Positions 51,101 through 64,000 of a DNA stretch of 64,000 nucleotides are shown here, piece by piece. The notes beneath the pieces were generated by a model. The model saw only the letters and a list, made by a program, of their open reading frames with translations. It did not search any database and had not been told where the DNA came from. The translations under genes and the position numbers were made by a program. Origin of the DNA: Ascidiella aspersa. Lineage: Eukaryota. How positions within the stretch are numbered: the stretch's first letter is position 1; each line of letters starts with the position of its first letter. The stretch lies in NCBI GenBank assembly GCA_963924565.1, contig OZ004608.1:37882001-37946000 (forward strand), read 5' to 3'.

Positions 51101-54100
51101 TGGGAACCTAATGAACTCAGTTCTTAAATACCTTCACAACAATCCAAATAATAAAATGTTCCAAAGTAAAAGACAGCAAAAATATCCCGAAATTTATAAA
51201 ACTAGTCGAAATTTTGTTCAGCAACAATTCAAGAAACATTCGAATAGCCGAAAAATACTGTTGAAACAGTAAAAAAAATAAAGAACGATCATCTTATGTT
51301 ACAGCGTTTTTACGAACTAGGGTTATTATAGGATTGTGCACGTCCTTAAAACCAAAGCACAAATATAAAATAAAACTATAGACACAAATTAAGAAAATAT
51401 GAAGTTGGGATAAGTTCAACGTAAGGGCATGGGAGATAAAACGTTTTGTGGGAAATGGTACAAATTCGGTAGTGTTGTACCCTTGTAGGGCATCCTATGG
51501 AAATAGTGCCAGGATTTGTGTAACTCATTTGCTTAATGTATTAAGGGTCGGTTCGCAATTGAAACTATCGTTCACATGTCAGACCTTATAGTGTAGCCTC
51601 CTTGGCTAGAGAAGAGCGCGTTGCTTTCAGTTTACTGATGTGTGCCAACAAGTGCTACGCTTATTTTGTTTAGATATTGAACTTTGCCTCAAGAAACGCG
51701 TCTCATTCGTGTCCTTCATTCCAGAAGTGACTTTGTTAAATCGAAAATCAAAAGCTGAACACAAATTCTAAACTAGACAACGGGTATCTTTTTAAGGGCA
51801 TTGTTAACCGATTAAAGATAGTTTCTCGTTTCCAAACAAATTTAAAACATAGACCAAAAATAAAGACGTAGTTAAAAACCTAAATAAAATAGCAGCTGAT
51901 TTTATCAATGGCCAAAATAACTCCGCGAAGGTTAAGCGAGTGGAAATTTCACAAGCCTGCAAGACAAGAAACAAAAACGATTATTAACGGTTGAAAAACA
52001 ACTTTAATTCTTTCAAATTATCGTAGATTCAAACATTTTTCCCGATTGGCCAGAAGAACTAAAAAACATGTTTTTTGGACGTAGAGTTTAAATTTTTTTT
52101 AGCTTTTTTGCAACACCGCGACATGGTTTTCGGCTATCTACTCAACTCTATAGCTAAGCGCCAATCAAGTTCTTTTATCGAACTATATCTAGATTATATA
52201 ATATAAACGCCGGTGGGTATCCTAAACGTTGGTTAACGTCCAATATCTATTAAAAATAAGAGATTGCAACCAAACTAAAATTTGTATGAGATCGGTATCG
52301 TATAGGCCTGTGTTTGCCTTTTTTGATGTAGATTTTAGACTATGCAGAAACGTGTTTAAAATTCTGTATTTTAATTGGTTAACATTTCCTGATTAAAAGA
52401 CTGCAGTTATCTTATACCTTATAAGAATGTAAGAAAATAAAATGATACCACTTCAATAACAACAGTGGCAGATTAAATGCAATTTTAGCTATTTATACCC
52501 TTCAAGAGTTGAAATGAGTTTCAGAGATCAGCCGCGGTTATGCAACGGTACTAGGGAGGATGCTTGTTAAGGCTTAAAGCGGCTTTTTACAATAACCAGT
52601 GTTACTGAACGAAAAGTAGGACACCTTATTTTATTTATATCTTATTTATATGAACTGTTTTTCTATATTCATCGCTTAAAAAATTAACAACAATTGTCAA
52701 TCTAAAAAAAAAAAAACTTCACACCACGTTAATGCTCGCAAGAGCAACTATACACAGAAACCGGTAGCAACTTGTTGTAATGATACTGCAAAAGACAAGC
52801 TTGATACAAAAACAGGATGCAGCCTAATGCTTTTACATCTGTACGACGAATTTTAATTGAACTTCAGCCCCGAAACGCAATATTATTGCAAAATAAATAT
52901 TCAAAACATATGGTGCTCTGTTTTGTGGTTGATCGCGCAAAGCAAGATGTCATTCTCCAAAACCTTTTATCAGACAACGCTATATTATAGCATAACATAA
53001 GTGATATCTAACCTGGTAAGAACAAACGATTTTATCATATTCTAATCCTGTTTCACAAGTCGCATTACAGACATCTATTACTTTTCACTCTGAAGAAGGC
53101 GAGTGTTTCACAGTTCTACACCAAGCTTCAAAATTCGAGAGTAGCAATAATTAAAAAGGTCATATTCGAATTGCTTTACAGCGGAAAGATATTTTTAAAC
53201 AATAAACAAACGCCGATTACTGCCCAGTCTGCGACATCAAAAGCACAAAATAGTTTTAATTTTGCAAATATATTCAATTCTCTTCGCAAATGACCGGGAT
53301 AACAACAGCTCTAGACTAAATAATGCAAAGTTGATAATAAGAGTGCTCGTGCAATAGCTGCTGCCATCTGTTACATCACCTACGTCGTAACACACATATT
53401 ACGGTGATATGCGGTTCGACAATACACAATAACATTGAGCTGAAACTTCGCCTTATCGAAAACTTCATAGCTTAAATTTTGAAAACATCAGACAGATATT
53501 TGCAAGAGCAATGGAGCGCCAAGTTTCGGCACTGTGCCCCGAATCATTTTTTGCAAATGTTGTATTGTTTATTCTTTTGCAAATGTTGTATTGTTTTTAT
53601 TGGTTGCGTGTAGTATTGTTTCTTTGCTTATTTATTTCTTATCTTATCACGTTTTCTGTTGGCACCTAATAATTATTTATGTTTGGCACTTACACCATTT
53701 TTTCTCTTCGTTGTGGTGTTTCGGGAAAACGAAATCCAAAGAGGTTTTGAACTTGGTAATTGACGTTTCTGTAACGATTTTAGGCTTTGAAATATCGCTC
53801 TTTTTAATACAGTTGAAAGACACGCTGTGTGGCGCTCGGCAGCCCCATAGGCCGTAAAGTAGAGATCCTGTAGTATATGGTAACAAATTGGCGAGCACGC
53901 CAGGACTTGCTGTCGGCACAATGTGTCGCAACAACTTTTAGGTTTAGGGCCTCCACACCCGCTAGACGAGACTCTCTTTGATATGTTGCCTTCCTCCCGC
54001 TTTCCTAAAACATCTGAAAGTCGCCGGAAAAAGATGTTCAGCTGGGTGTTGTTCCTGTGGATGCCGCCGCACGCCATGTGGAAGGTCAACTTCAAGTGCA

Positions 54101-54829
54101 TTGGCTTCAAGGATCCACATGACCTCACCTCCCCAAGGGCCTCTACAAGACTGTCCTGATGATATTGGATGTCAAGGATTGCTACCACATTGGCTTAAAA
54201 TATCCCAAGTAGAAAGTAGAACGACTGCTTGAAAATACATTTTCGAAAAGCCAGTGCTTCGTGACTACGAACGCGAGTACAAACGGCTGGACATCGTTAA
54301 GGACTGGTGTAACATGTTCGGCTCGTGTTTCAAGGCGGATTCTACGAAGGCATTTGTTTTATCTAGCTAGCGTCGCGTATTGTACACGTGCAACGAGTGC
54401 TTTCTTTTAGGCACTGCAATTAGGGGACCAGCATCTGCAACTAAAAGGGTGAGATTGTTGCGTCGTCACTGAGAGCGAGAACAAGGCCTATTGGGGTTTC
54501 AAGGAAGGTCGGACCAGGCTCTACTAATTTCTCAGGGTGGTGGAACCCTTTACCATCTGTGACGCTGACCGGAATCCGCGTTCGATCTCCTCCAGTGAAA
54601 GAGGCATTAAAACCGACGTTAAGAGTTGGAAGTAACGGTCTTTTCGTCCGACCTCCATTTTACCGATCTGAGCTCGCCCCAACTGCCATTTACCCCCCGG
54701 TAAATTTGGCGAGCTCGAGCGCTCACTGGAGAGGACAGTCCCTCGCTGGTTCCACCACCAAAACTCGTTCGCGCTAACCCCGTATAACCACGTTTAATAC
54801 AAAATGAATACTTTTGAAATTCATTAGCG

Positions 54830-55690
54830 AAGAGGACCCAGAGCTGCACGAAATGGCGGCATCCTTGCAAATGCATAGCAAGCGGCATACCGCTTCTTGT
54901 AGAAAGGGTGGGAAAGTTTACGGGTAAGCATCCAAAAACTTAAAAATGTTATGTATGATTTACTTTGTTTAGACTTAACTTCCCTCGTCCCGTCAGTTTA
55001 AAAACCTTTATTTGCATCACGCGCTGAAAAAACAGATAAAAACGAAATACATTAAGTCAAGGGAAGATCTGTTGGCGGTCCGCAATGCGTTGGATGCATA
55101 CGAAAGTCTATGCAACAACAGTTTGCAACTTCTGGGTGATATATTATAGGTTAAGTTGATATAGTTGAAGTGTTATTAAAATAGCTATTTTTGTAAATAT
55201 ACTTCTACAAGACAGGTGTCGCATTTTGTGATTTTCTTAATGCCATGAATAGTTTTGGCCAAAAAGGAAACCGTTATTTTGGAACCTGAACCAGACGAAT
55301 GTTGAGTGAACGCATACAACCAAGAGCTGTTCCGAGCGTGGAATGCAAATATGGGATATTCTGTACATCCGGGAAGTGAACATTATGGAAGCTGCGTATC
55401 GAGGTGTAAAAAATTACAGGAGGGCGTTTTGAATGAATGATGCGAGTAAAAAAGTAGTTTACGAGCAAGTTCATGATGCTCATCGCCTTGCTCGATATGC
55501 CGTGTGAGGGTGTACCTGCTTCAATACCTAGTAAATGTAAATGCTGAACTATTCCTTGCGCTTGTATGGTCGCGAAAGCAACGTCACTGCTCAGAAAAAA
55601 CTAGAGGCGAAGAGTAGATTGCGCCAGTTTTCGCGAAGATGTAAACCAATAATATATTTACTTGAAAGGGTACCGACCTCCAGCAAAGCA
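54830..55690 (+). mobile_element. Helentron (Helitron2) Rep-domain fragment with spliceosomal introns
   Basis: EDPELHEMAASLQMHSKRHTASCRKGGKV, intron 54924-54972, LNFPRPVSLKTFI, then KKETVILEPEPDEC*VNAYNQELFRAWNANM(D)ILYI. These match the Helentron Rep motifs QxHxxxHxxSCxK..CRFNFP and VNxYNxxLLxAWNANMDIQY. Confidence 0.8.
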
Positions 55691-55692
55691 GT

Positions 55693-56285
55693 ATGGTAGA
55701 GGCAATTGCGGGAAGCAAGTTAACTGGTAAGCTCCTGTACCGAGCTCCCGCAAACGGCTCCTCTGTTTCCGACTGCAATGCTCGGAACTTAGTTGAGCCC
55801 TGCCTCGTAAGACCCTCGTTCATGTTCGATGTATGTGCTATCAGTATTCCCAGGGGTACCACCAGGCATGGTATTACCGAGCTGTCCAACAGCAGGATAC
55901 TGGATGGAGAAGCTGCCGCCGTTATTGGCACTAACGACGTGGTGGTCAACATCAGCCCGGAGGAAGCAGCGGCCTCTCCTTCAAGGTATTGTTGAATAGT
56001 GTTTTATCTTCCAAACCGGGTTACTGCCCCAGTTGACTCCACAGGGTTGGGTGGTGACTAGACATGGCCTAAAAGGTCAGCGTCGAGGGAGGAGGGTCGG
56101 AGTTCCTCGGGTTGGAGGACCCTTTTGCAAACGGGGCGTGGGCTGACGGACTCCACCTTGTTCTAAGTGCCCTCCCGGAAGTATTTATTAAAGATGGCAT
56201 AATTACAAACATGTTTAACAAACCAGACCGCCAACACCCATTGCTGACGCTGACCAACTTCCCCCATCTTCCCACAAAGTTAAGT
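55693..56285 (+). pseudogene. SGNH-hydrolase gene copy directly downstream of the Helentron Rep fragment
   Basis: SDCNARNLVEPCLVRP..IGTNDVV..SPSR then gt; followed by GLLP..PFANGAWADGLHL. Confidence 0.75.
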
Positions 56286-57731
56286 AATATGTATGTTTAA
56301 AATCGGATAAACGACCAATATTTGACCTATCATTTGTTTTCCAGATATCTCGCTGTTAGATTGTGGGACACGCACGGTGAAAAAAGGTCATTCAAGCCTG
56401 TGGTGGGTAAAGCAAATGTTACCCTTCGATAATGCATCAAAGTTGGTCTTTGGTTTTCCCGCGAAAGTGGTATGTCTGTGAATAAGCTTGTGTATTTATC
56501 ATTTTCTAAACACTGCTTTATGTATATTCTTGAAGAAGACCGTTGGAGCACGGGCTTGTGCTCCTTCGACTAGCGGGACGAAGAAAGTGACACCCACCCC
56601 TGTGGTAAATGTTTTAGCAGAAGAAAAACCTTCGATAACTGTAAAAAAATAATGATTTTGAATTTTATAGACATTTCCAGGGCACCAAGGAATGAAACAT
56701 CGTCCGTTGTATCAAAGTTGGTCTTTGGTTTTCCCGCGAATGTGGTATGTCTGTGAATATGCTTGTGTATTTATCATTTTCTAAACACTGCTTTATGTAT
56801 TTTCTTGCAGAAGACCGTTGGAGCACGGACATTTGCTTCACCGACCAACGGACCGAGGAAAGAGGTATCCATTTTATATCAATTTTCGTCCCCTAATCTT
56901 GAGGGCACACAAAGATGAAATTATAAACCATCAACAAAAAGGACAACCCATTATGATCATCAAGTTGACATCAAACTTACTTCTAACTATGGAGATACTA
57001 AAAATGGTTTCAACCATGAACCCGAAACAAAGAGACGAAACTGAATAAACCGCCAATTAAGACAAGTCTTCTACTATTAAATATACATGCCAAGCAAATA
57101 TATAATAAATCTACTATATTTCTTAACTGCAAATTTTAATTTTTTTGCTATGGATTGTTTACCAATCACGTTTTATTACACCAATATTAGAAAATGTATC
57201 ATAATGTGGTATCTTGGATATTGGCAAAACGTCACTTGGCAAAAGGAAAGAAAAAAGGTCATACCCCTTTAAGTTACTGATGTATGAAAAACTTATTTTA
57301 TAAAAATCCCTTGTAAGTCCTTACCATCGGCATCACATCAATGCTTGTTATTCACCTTACCCCAAACACTCAACCAAAGTTCAGCCTTCATAGCGACGGA
57401 GGCCGCGCGTGCAACGCACAAAACTCTTGCCGGTGAAGCCAGTTAATAAACCCGTGTAGAGTTATAAATTTGTCTAATGCTTTGCAGAATTAACACAAAA
57501 AGGGTAAACTGTTATTGGAATTCCATATTTAATATTGCAGGCATCTGGTTTTCAAAGTTGCTTGGCGTTTTCCTCTGACAAATCTCCGGTATGTAAACCA
57601 AAAGGTACTTTGTACAATCATTCTGTGGAAGCTACTGAATTTCTCCTTTCAACCAACGAATACAGACTTGTTAATTTTGATTAAAAGATATGTTTAATTT
57701 ACCGACATTAATTTTCTGTCCGAACAAAACA

Positions 57732-58682
57732 ATGGGAGGTGTATTTTTCCGCACGTAGAAACGCAGTCCTAGTTTGGTAACTGTGACCCATTCGCGATTG
57801 CGAGTTCCTACTGAGGAAATACGACTCTCCTGGTCTTCCCGCATATGTTTGTACAGGTAGAGGGTATCTAAGTTTGGTTCATTGATTAAAGTAGCATAGT
57901 TAGTTGTTTGGAAACCTTGTTTAAAGCTCTAGTAAAGCAGTTGCGGGAAGCAAGTGAGCTGGGAGGTTCCTTTACCGAGCTCCCACAAACGGATCCTTTA
58001 TGTTTACGACAGCAATGCTCGGAACTTGGTTTAGCCCTGCCTCGTAAGGCTTTCGCCGAACTTCAGGTTCGATGTATGCGCCGTCAGTATTCCGGGGGTA
58101 CCACCCGGCATGGTATTACCGAGATGTCCAACATCAGAATGCTAGATGGAGTTGCTGTCGTCGTTATTGGCCTTTGCACTAACGACGTAGTCAACAGCAG
58201 CCCGGAGGAAGCATCAGCCTCTCCTTCAAGGTATTGACGAGTAGTGTTTTTTATTGTCTTTTTAGACTTATTTCTAAGATCTTGGAGGACACAAGAACGC
58301 TGATTCGCCTCACTACCCTGGATCGAAGGTTGCTATATGCCATTTTGTATGTGGGACACGTTTTGGTTTGAAAACAAATCATTGTAAATTGCTGAATTTA
58401 GATCTTTCACACCGGGTTACTGCCCCAGTTGACTCCACAGGGTTGCGTGGTGACTAAACATGGCCTAAAAGGTCAGCGTCGAGGAAGAAGGGTCGGAGTT
58501 CCTGGGGTTGGAGGTCCCTTTTGCAAACGGGACGTGGGCCGAGGGACTCCGCCATTCTCTAAGTGCTCTGCGGAAGTATTTATTAAAGATGGAGGGCATA
58601 ATTACAAACAAGTTGAACAAACCAGACCGCCAACCCCCATTGCTGACGCTGGCCAACTTCTCCCATCTTCCCACAACGAAGG
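57732..58682 (+). pseudogene. Spliced SGNH-hydrolase gene copy
   Basis: Same ATG and in-frame TAG (57756) as 8517/8541. Keeps KMEGIITNKLNKPDRQPPLL..PTTK then gtaagt, a frame disrupted in the left copy. Confidence 0.75.
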
Positions 58683-59024
58683 TAAGTAAATATGTATGTT
58701 TAAAATCGATAAACGACTAATCGACCAATATTTGAGCTATCATTTGGTTCCGAAATATCTCGCTGTTCGAAAGATTGTGGGACACGCACGGTGTAAAAAG
58801 CTTCATTCAAGCCTGTGTGAGTAAAGCAAATGTTTCCCTTCGATAACTGTAAAAACACTAATAATTTTGAATATTGTAGACCTTCCGCGGCCACCAAGGA
58901 GCGAAGCACCACCCGTTGCATCAAAGTTGGTCTTTAGTTTTCCCGCAAATGTGGTATGTCTGTGAATAAGCTTGTGTTTTTATTATTTTCTAAAACACTG
59001 CTTTATGTATTTCCTTGTAGAAGA

Positions 59025-60300
59025 CCGTGCCCATTTGCACTTTTGAATTTTGTTCTGCCAGTAAAACAGTTAAGGTACCACACAGACAATGTAAGGAACA
59101 AGGGCGATATTGTTGCCTGCAGATTGAAGGGTGATAGAAGAACAGCCATGCAGGAAATTGGCTAACATTTTGCCTCGCCGCTTTAACCTAAACAATTTAG
59201 ACAGACAAGTTAGACGACCAAGTGGAAGAGTTGGGCAAATGTTTTAAAAGACAAGCGAGGGCGGAAGTTAATAAAATAAAACTTTTGCATGTAAGTTCGA
59301 TGTTGTCGTTTTACCCTAAGGGTTTTAATAAGCAAACCGGAGGATGGAAGTCTCTCTGCCTTCGTGATTACAGACCAACTAAACAGAGAGTTGGATAATA
59401 AAAGGGTGAAGGTTATTAAAATACAACTTCCTTTTAGTAATGAAAACGGCGCGATTAAGGCACTGCAGGATGCGCAGGCACAGAAACGTAGTTAAAACAA
59501 ATCCGCGCTGGCAGGAACCATTTGCTTTTATTAAAGCATTCCACGTGGCCTTAATCTTTTTTTCGCTAAGACACGTTTACGAATTTTTCATGTAAGAACA
59601 CGAACCTACATTATGTTCATTAATGCCACCGCGGAGATATTACTAAAACTTCAGCGAGCAAATCGTAGTATCACGCGTATGAAATCTCTGTGCGTCATCT
59701 GGAAAAAATGTAAAACCTTTTGCCTTTGCAACTTTAATTTGTTTTTACCGCACCATGTTAACAAACCCGTAAGGCAAATAGCAATATTAACTGAGAAGGT
59801 CAACAGAGAAAATAATTAAAAAATCTGTCTTTGGACAGCTTGTTGCTAGGTGATTTGGGCCGACACAGAAAGGACGAGTCGAGTAAAAGTCATCGAAAGA
59901 CAAAAGGACGCAAGGCGTTATGTAGAAGAGTCGACAGGAGTTTAAGCGAACGCGGTGCTCCGGAAAACGGTTTTGTAACGTTGCCGAGTTCGCCAAAGTA
60001 TACGGCGATCAGAATGTTGCACTAGTTCGTGAGTTTGGAGACAAGATTCAGTCTAAATAAAAAGAGCAGTCGTATCGCAGGAGTAAGAAGCTGGGCAAAC
60101 AAACCAAGAGACAGTTGGAAAATATCTCCTTCCTTCTCAAAGGCAACCACTAAAAGTAAGTGAAAACCACAATTTATCGAAAGACAACAAGACGCGGTTA
60201 TGGAGAAAGATTGGGCAATAATTAAAAGAACGAGTTGTTGCTGAGCTGAGTGATAGAAATGTTGATACAATGATGAACATTATGCAACACATTTTGCCAA
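59025..60300 (+). mobile_element. NOF-like Mutator transposase fragments
   Basis: RLKGDRR, MFINAT, LLLGDLGRH and RTQGVM segments. Confidence 0.6.
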
Positions 60301-61289
60301 AATTGTGAGTTACAAAGCACTCGCACATCAAGACATTCACTACTACAGAGAGGCTGGCTAGATACCTGGAATAGACGTATTAAAGTGAATATAATACTCA
60401 GAAGTGAAATTGAATGAGAATTTGGAAAGGGATAGAGGAAGACATAAAAGCGCTGTCTTGGGCACGGCAAAAAACATTTTCTACAAACAATATTCAGAAT
60501 CGTATGTAAAAAATCAAAAAATGCCGGAATAAACGTTTGCACGCAGGAATCCTGGGAAAACCCAGCAGAGGTAAAAAAATTAGACATGTGCTCCACCGAC
60601 CAACAGACCGAGAAAAGAGGTATCCACCCCTGCGGTAAGTGTTTTGCAAAACTATTGGTTGTCAAAGTAGGAGTGCTGAATCATCTAACTAGATTTCCTT
60701 GTAGAAGACCGTTGAGCACTCCTTCGACCAGCGGGCTGGAGAAAGTGACACACAGCCGTGCGGTAACGGTAAGTGTTTTTACAAATATTTTTCCCAATTA
60801 TCACCTTAATTTTATCAACGTATTTACTTTTTGCAGCCTATGAAACGACTTTATGGCGGGGCCCGTATGGTTGATCAACAGAATGATAAAATAAAATTGA
60901 AAAAAAGCGCGATTGTATCTTTTATTTTGATCGTTCGTGCGGTGCTAGCTGGGACACTTTATTAGGCAAATTGAAAAAACGAAGAAAAATGTCAAAGAAA
61001 GAAATTAGGTATGAAGTTCGTATTCATAAGAATTTTGTTGCGCAACATGGTAACGAGTTTGAAACTCGCGGCAGGAGATTTTGTTAGTTCAATGTGATAA
61101 CTAGTAGTGATGTGTTTTGTGAAGAAAGTTGTAGTAGTAGCAGTGGTGTTTCGGCTGTTGAAATTATTGAGGATTGAGCGTTGTGGTGAACCAACTTTGT
61201 GTGAGAGTCCAGTTAATCAAGTGCCGTCATGTGACAAAGATGAGCCAGATCTGTCAAAAAATATAAGTTGCGAATTTTGGACTTCTGGA

Positions 61290-62450
61290 AATCCACTAAA
61301 ACAATCTGTAGTTGGTCGACGTTTCACTAATAAAAATTGGTGTTGCGTGTTTCGTTAAGCGTATAAAAAATGTAACCCTTTCTGTAGTGTTAGGTTCGAA
61401 AGACATTTCTGGAATCATGAAAATGGTAAAACTCGTGCTTTTCATCGTAATGCCCATTACTTTTGAAATTTTGCACTTGTAAAGTTAGTATCGATTTGCC
61501 AACTAATGCCAGCAAAACATTCCAAGTTAATTACACGGGCGATGTAAGGCACAGAAAGGGCGATATTGCTGCATGCAGATTGAAGGGTGATAGAAGAAAA
61601 GCCATGCAGGAAATGTTGTCTAACATTTTGCCTCGCCGCCTTAACATAAACAATTTAGACAAGTTAGACGACCAAGTGGAAGAGTTGGGCAATCACGATA
61701 ACGCGTCTATTTATAATGTTTTAAGACAAGCGAGGGCGGAAGTTAATAAAATACAACTTCCTTCGAGTAACGAAACCGACGCGATTAAGGCAATGCAAGT
61801 TGCACAAGCGGATAAATGTACAGGAAGCAAGTCCTCGTTGCCATGAACAATTCGCTTTCATTCTAACATACCAAGTAGCCTTCACTTTGGTCGTTGGATA
61901 CTTTACGCATTTTTCACGAAAGAACTAAAACAGATATTATGTACATAGACGCTACAGGAGGTATTATTGAAGCTTCAGCGAACAAAGCTCAGTATTACGC
62001 GTATGAAATCTTTGTGCGTCACCCGGCCAAGGGAACAGTCACAACATCGTTTCCATTTCGAATTTTTTTTTAAATGTTTCACACGAATAAAAAAAAAATT
62101 ATTTGAACAACCGCAGTGCGTCAAATCAATAGCGATGTAAGCATGGCAATTATTCGGTAGCTATTGCCAGTTCATATTAGCCAGGATTTGTAAGCCTATT
62201 TAGAGTGATGTTTTAGTTTTAGTAACAGGAAAAGCAACTAATTCAGCAAGCTATTTGTTCATTGTATGGTAGCAACACTAGGAATAAGAAAACGTGTTCT
62301 TGTTTTAAAGGGCAAGAAACTATGTTTGTAATGGGTTTGTGGACTCTATTTAGCATAAAAAAATAACATTTAAGTAGTGAAAATTAGCTGGACACGGCTA
62401 AAAGTACAAATTGCGCGAAATCAGCATATTTCAAATTTTAGTTTAAAAAC
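61290..62450 (+). mobile_element. NOF-like Mutator transposase, longest readable copy
   Basis: NKNWCCVFR..NPFCSVRF, ORF 61463-61846, then DIMYIDATGGII..YYAYEIFVRHPAKG..SHNIVSISNF..SDVSMAII. Confidence 0.75.
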
Positions 62451-64000
62451 TAATCATAATTTGCCAACTTCGATCGTCCATAACGGTGTACTGCCCCAGT
62501 CGACTCCAACAGGGTTACAGGGCATTATCGGGTTGGAAGGCCCTTTTGTGAACGGAAAATATCTTACTCAAACCCTAAGGGAACTCCTGGAATTACTTTT
62601 CAAAGATGGAGGGCATAATTACAAAGATGGTAAAGAAACCAGGCCGACAACCCACAAGAGAACGCTGAAGAAACTCAAACTCCACGTGGTTGTAATGTTT
62701 GAAAGTGACCGTAGCATGAAACATGCCAGCACCATCAACGCGAGGTCTTGAGAAGTTTGTATTTACCCGACGGCAAGTGCTGTTGCAAAACTTTTAGCAA
62801 AAATTCCCATCGCTAAACGACTGGATAGCAGATTTAAATTCAGGCAAAAAAGTAGTTTGCTATTTTAACAGTGACATACAAGGAATTTGGATCTAACAAG
62901 GTGCTCAGATTGGGACAGCGCACTTTTGCAGGAATCCATAAGAGCCCCAAAAACTACCAGAAAGAAGAACTATGACAGGTTCTTAGTGGGCCGCAACATC
63001 AACATGCGATGATACAACATCAGGCAATAGAAAAGACTACAACCCACAATAATATATTCCACCAACAACTACTATATGAAGAAAGCGTCAGTCAAACTGA
63101 CCTTTCTAGTGGCTTGGTTTTACAACATATTAAGCAAATAAGACTGGTTCAAATAGAAGGTATTCGCATGGTGAAATGTGCGCATTCCTTAACGTCAGAC
63201 GAAGAGTTATGTTATATGGTGGCGACACTACTGTCGAGTATCATAAAGCAGTCCTATTGAATTTGAAGCCAACATTCTTAGAACTGTGCATACACCTTTC
63301 TGAAGTTATAACACATACGATCATCAAGTTAACATCAAACTTACTTCTACTATGGAAATACTAAAAAATGTACTGAATAAACCACCAATTAAGACGAGTC
63401 TTCTATTACTAAAATACATGCCAACCACCAATTAAGACGAGTCTTCTATTACTAACATACATGCCAAGAAAATATATAATATAACTTATTTCCAGACTGC
63501 AAATTTTAATGCAAAAAGCACTTTTCTTTACATGCTTTGTTGCCATGAAATGTTTACCAATCACGTTTTATTACACTAATATTTAAAAGTAATATATATA
63601 TATGCAAAACTTTAATAAACCTAAATATATCACAATGTTGTTTTCTTATAGTTTTTTTGAGCAATCCTATTTCGTTTTTGGAAATTTACTCCGTAAAAGA
63701 AACGTAAGAGAACCAAAACTGGGTCGTCAGACCAAGCGCGAGTGGCAATCACAGAGTTACGAGGTATCTGTGTTTTCCTATATCCACCAAAAAGGTACAT
63801 TTGTACTAAACAAAAAACAGTTAGGCGAAAAAAAAGCAGTTAGGCGGCGTTGAAGCAACCTGGCTTGAATGTCTTTTTAAGTTTGCATCTTCCCGGTTTT
63901 AATAACATGATTTTGCATTTTATTTGAATTAAGACATGAATTCACTTGTGTAAGCCTTTGTGTTATTAACTAATTCCCGTACACCGGTGTTATTTTTTTA

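Larger units (their letters stand above)
56625..64000 (+). repeat. Right copy of ~7.5 kb direct segmental repeat (partner ~7400-15080); runs off the window
   Basis: Colinear with the left copy; the last ~150 bp match 14930-15080 almost exactly. Confidence 0.9.

Noticed and set aside
48800-53500. Numerous 60-110 aa ORFs
   Set aside because: Many have non-ATG starts, none has a recognisable domain, and such ORFs are expected by chance or from decayed transposons in AT-rich DNA.
53540-54780. GC-richer stretch with overlapping ORFs, possible Tx1/L1 retroelement remnant
   Set aside because: Only vague resemblance; no diagnostic RT or endonuclease motif could be read. Needs tBLASTx.

Overview
AT-rich eukaryotic (invertebrate metazoan, plausibly tunicate-like; organism not determinable from sequence) genomic DNA, not prokaryotic. 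The centre holds two intact, paralogous 12-exon BTB-BACK-Kelch genes on the minus strand (30759-36987, 540 aa; 41033-48135, 566 aa), reconstructed by hand from GT-AG sites with consistent phases. Their introns and flanks carry hAT-type MITEs with 8-bp TSDs. The gene pair is bracketed by two direct copies of a ~7.5 kb, deletion-riddled transposon mosaic about 49 kb apart (~7.4-15.1 kb and ~56.6-64 kb). The mosaic is built from a spliced SGNH-hydrolase gene and a NOF/Foldback-like Mutator transposase with an Ulp1-like tail. An intron-containing Helentron Rep fragment (54.8-55.7 kb) abuts the right-hand SGNH copies. Also present: a frameshifted Sola2-type transposon with its right end (1-2882), Penelope-like RT and GIY-YIG fragments, two tandem hammerhead-ribozyme motifs, a Gypsy LTR-PBS(Pro)-gag stub, tRNA-derived tandem repeats and two candidate small genes. 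Family assignments rest on motif recognition, not database searches, and the boundaries of degenerate elements are approximate.
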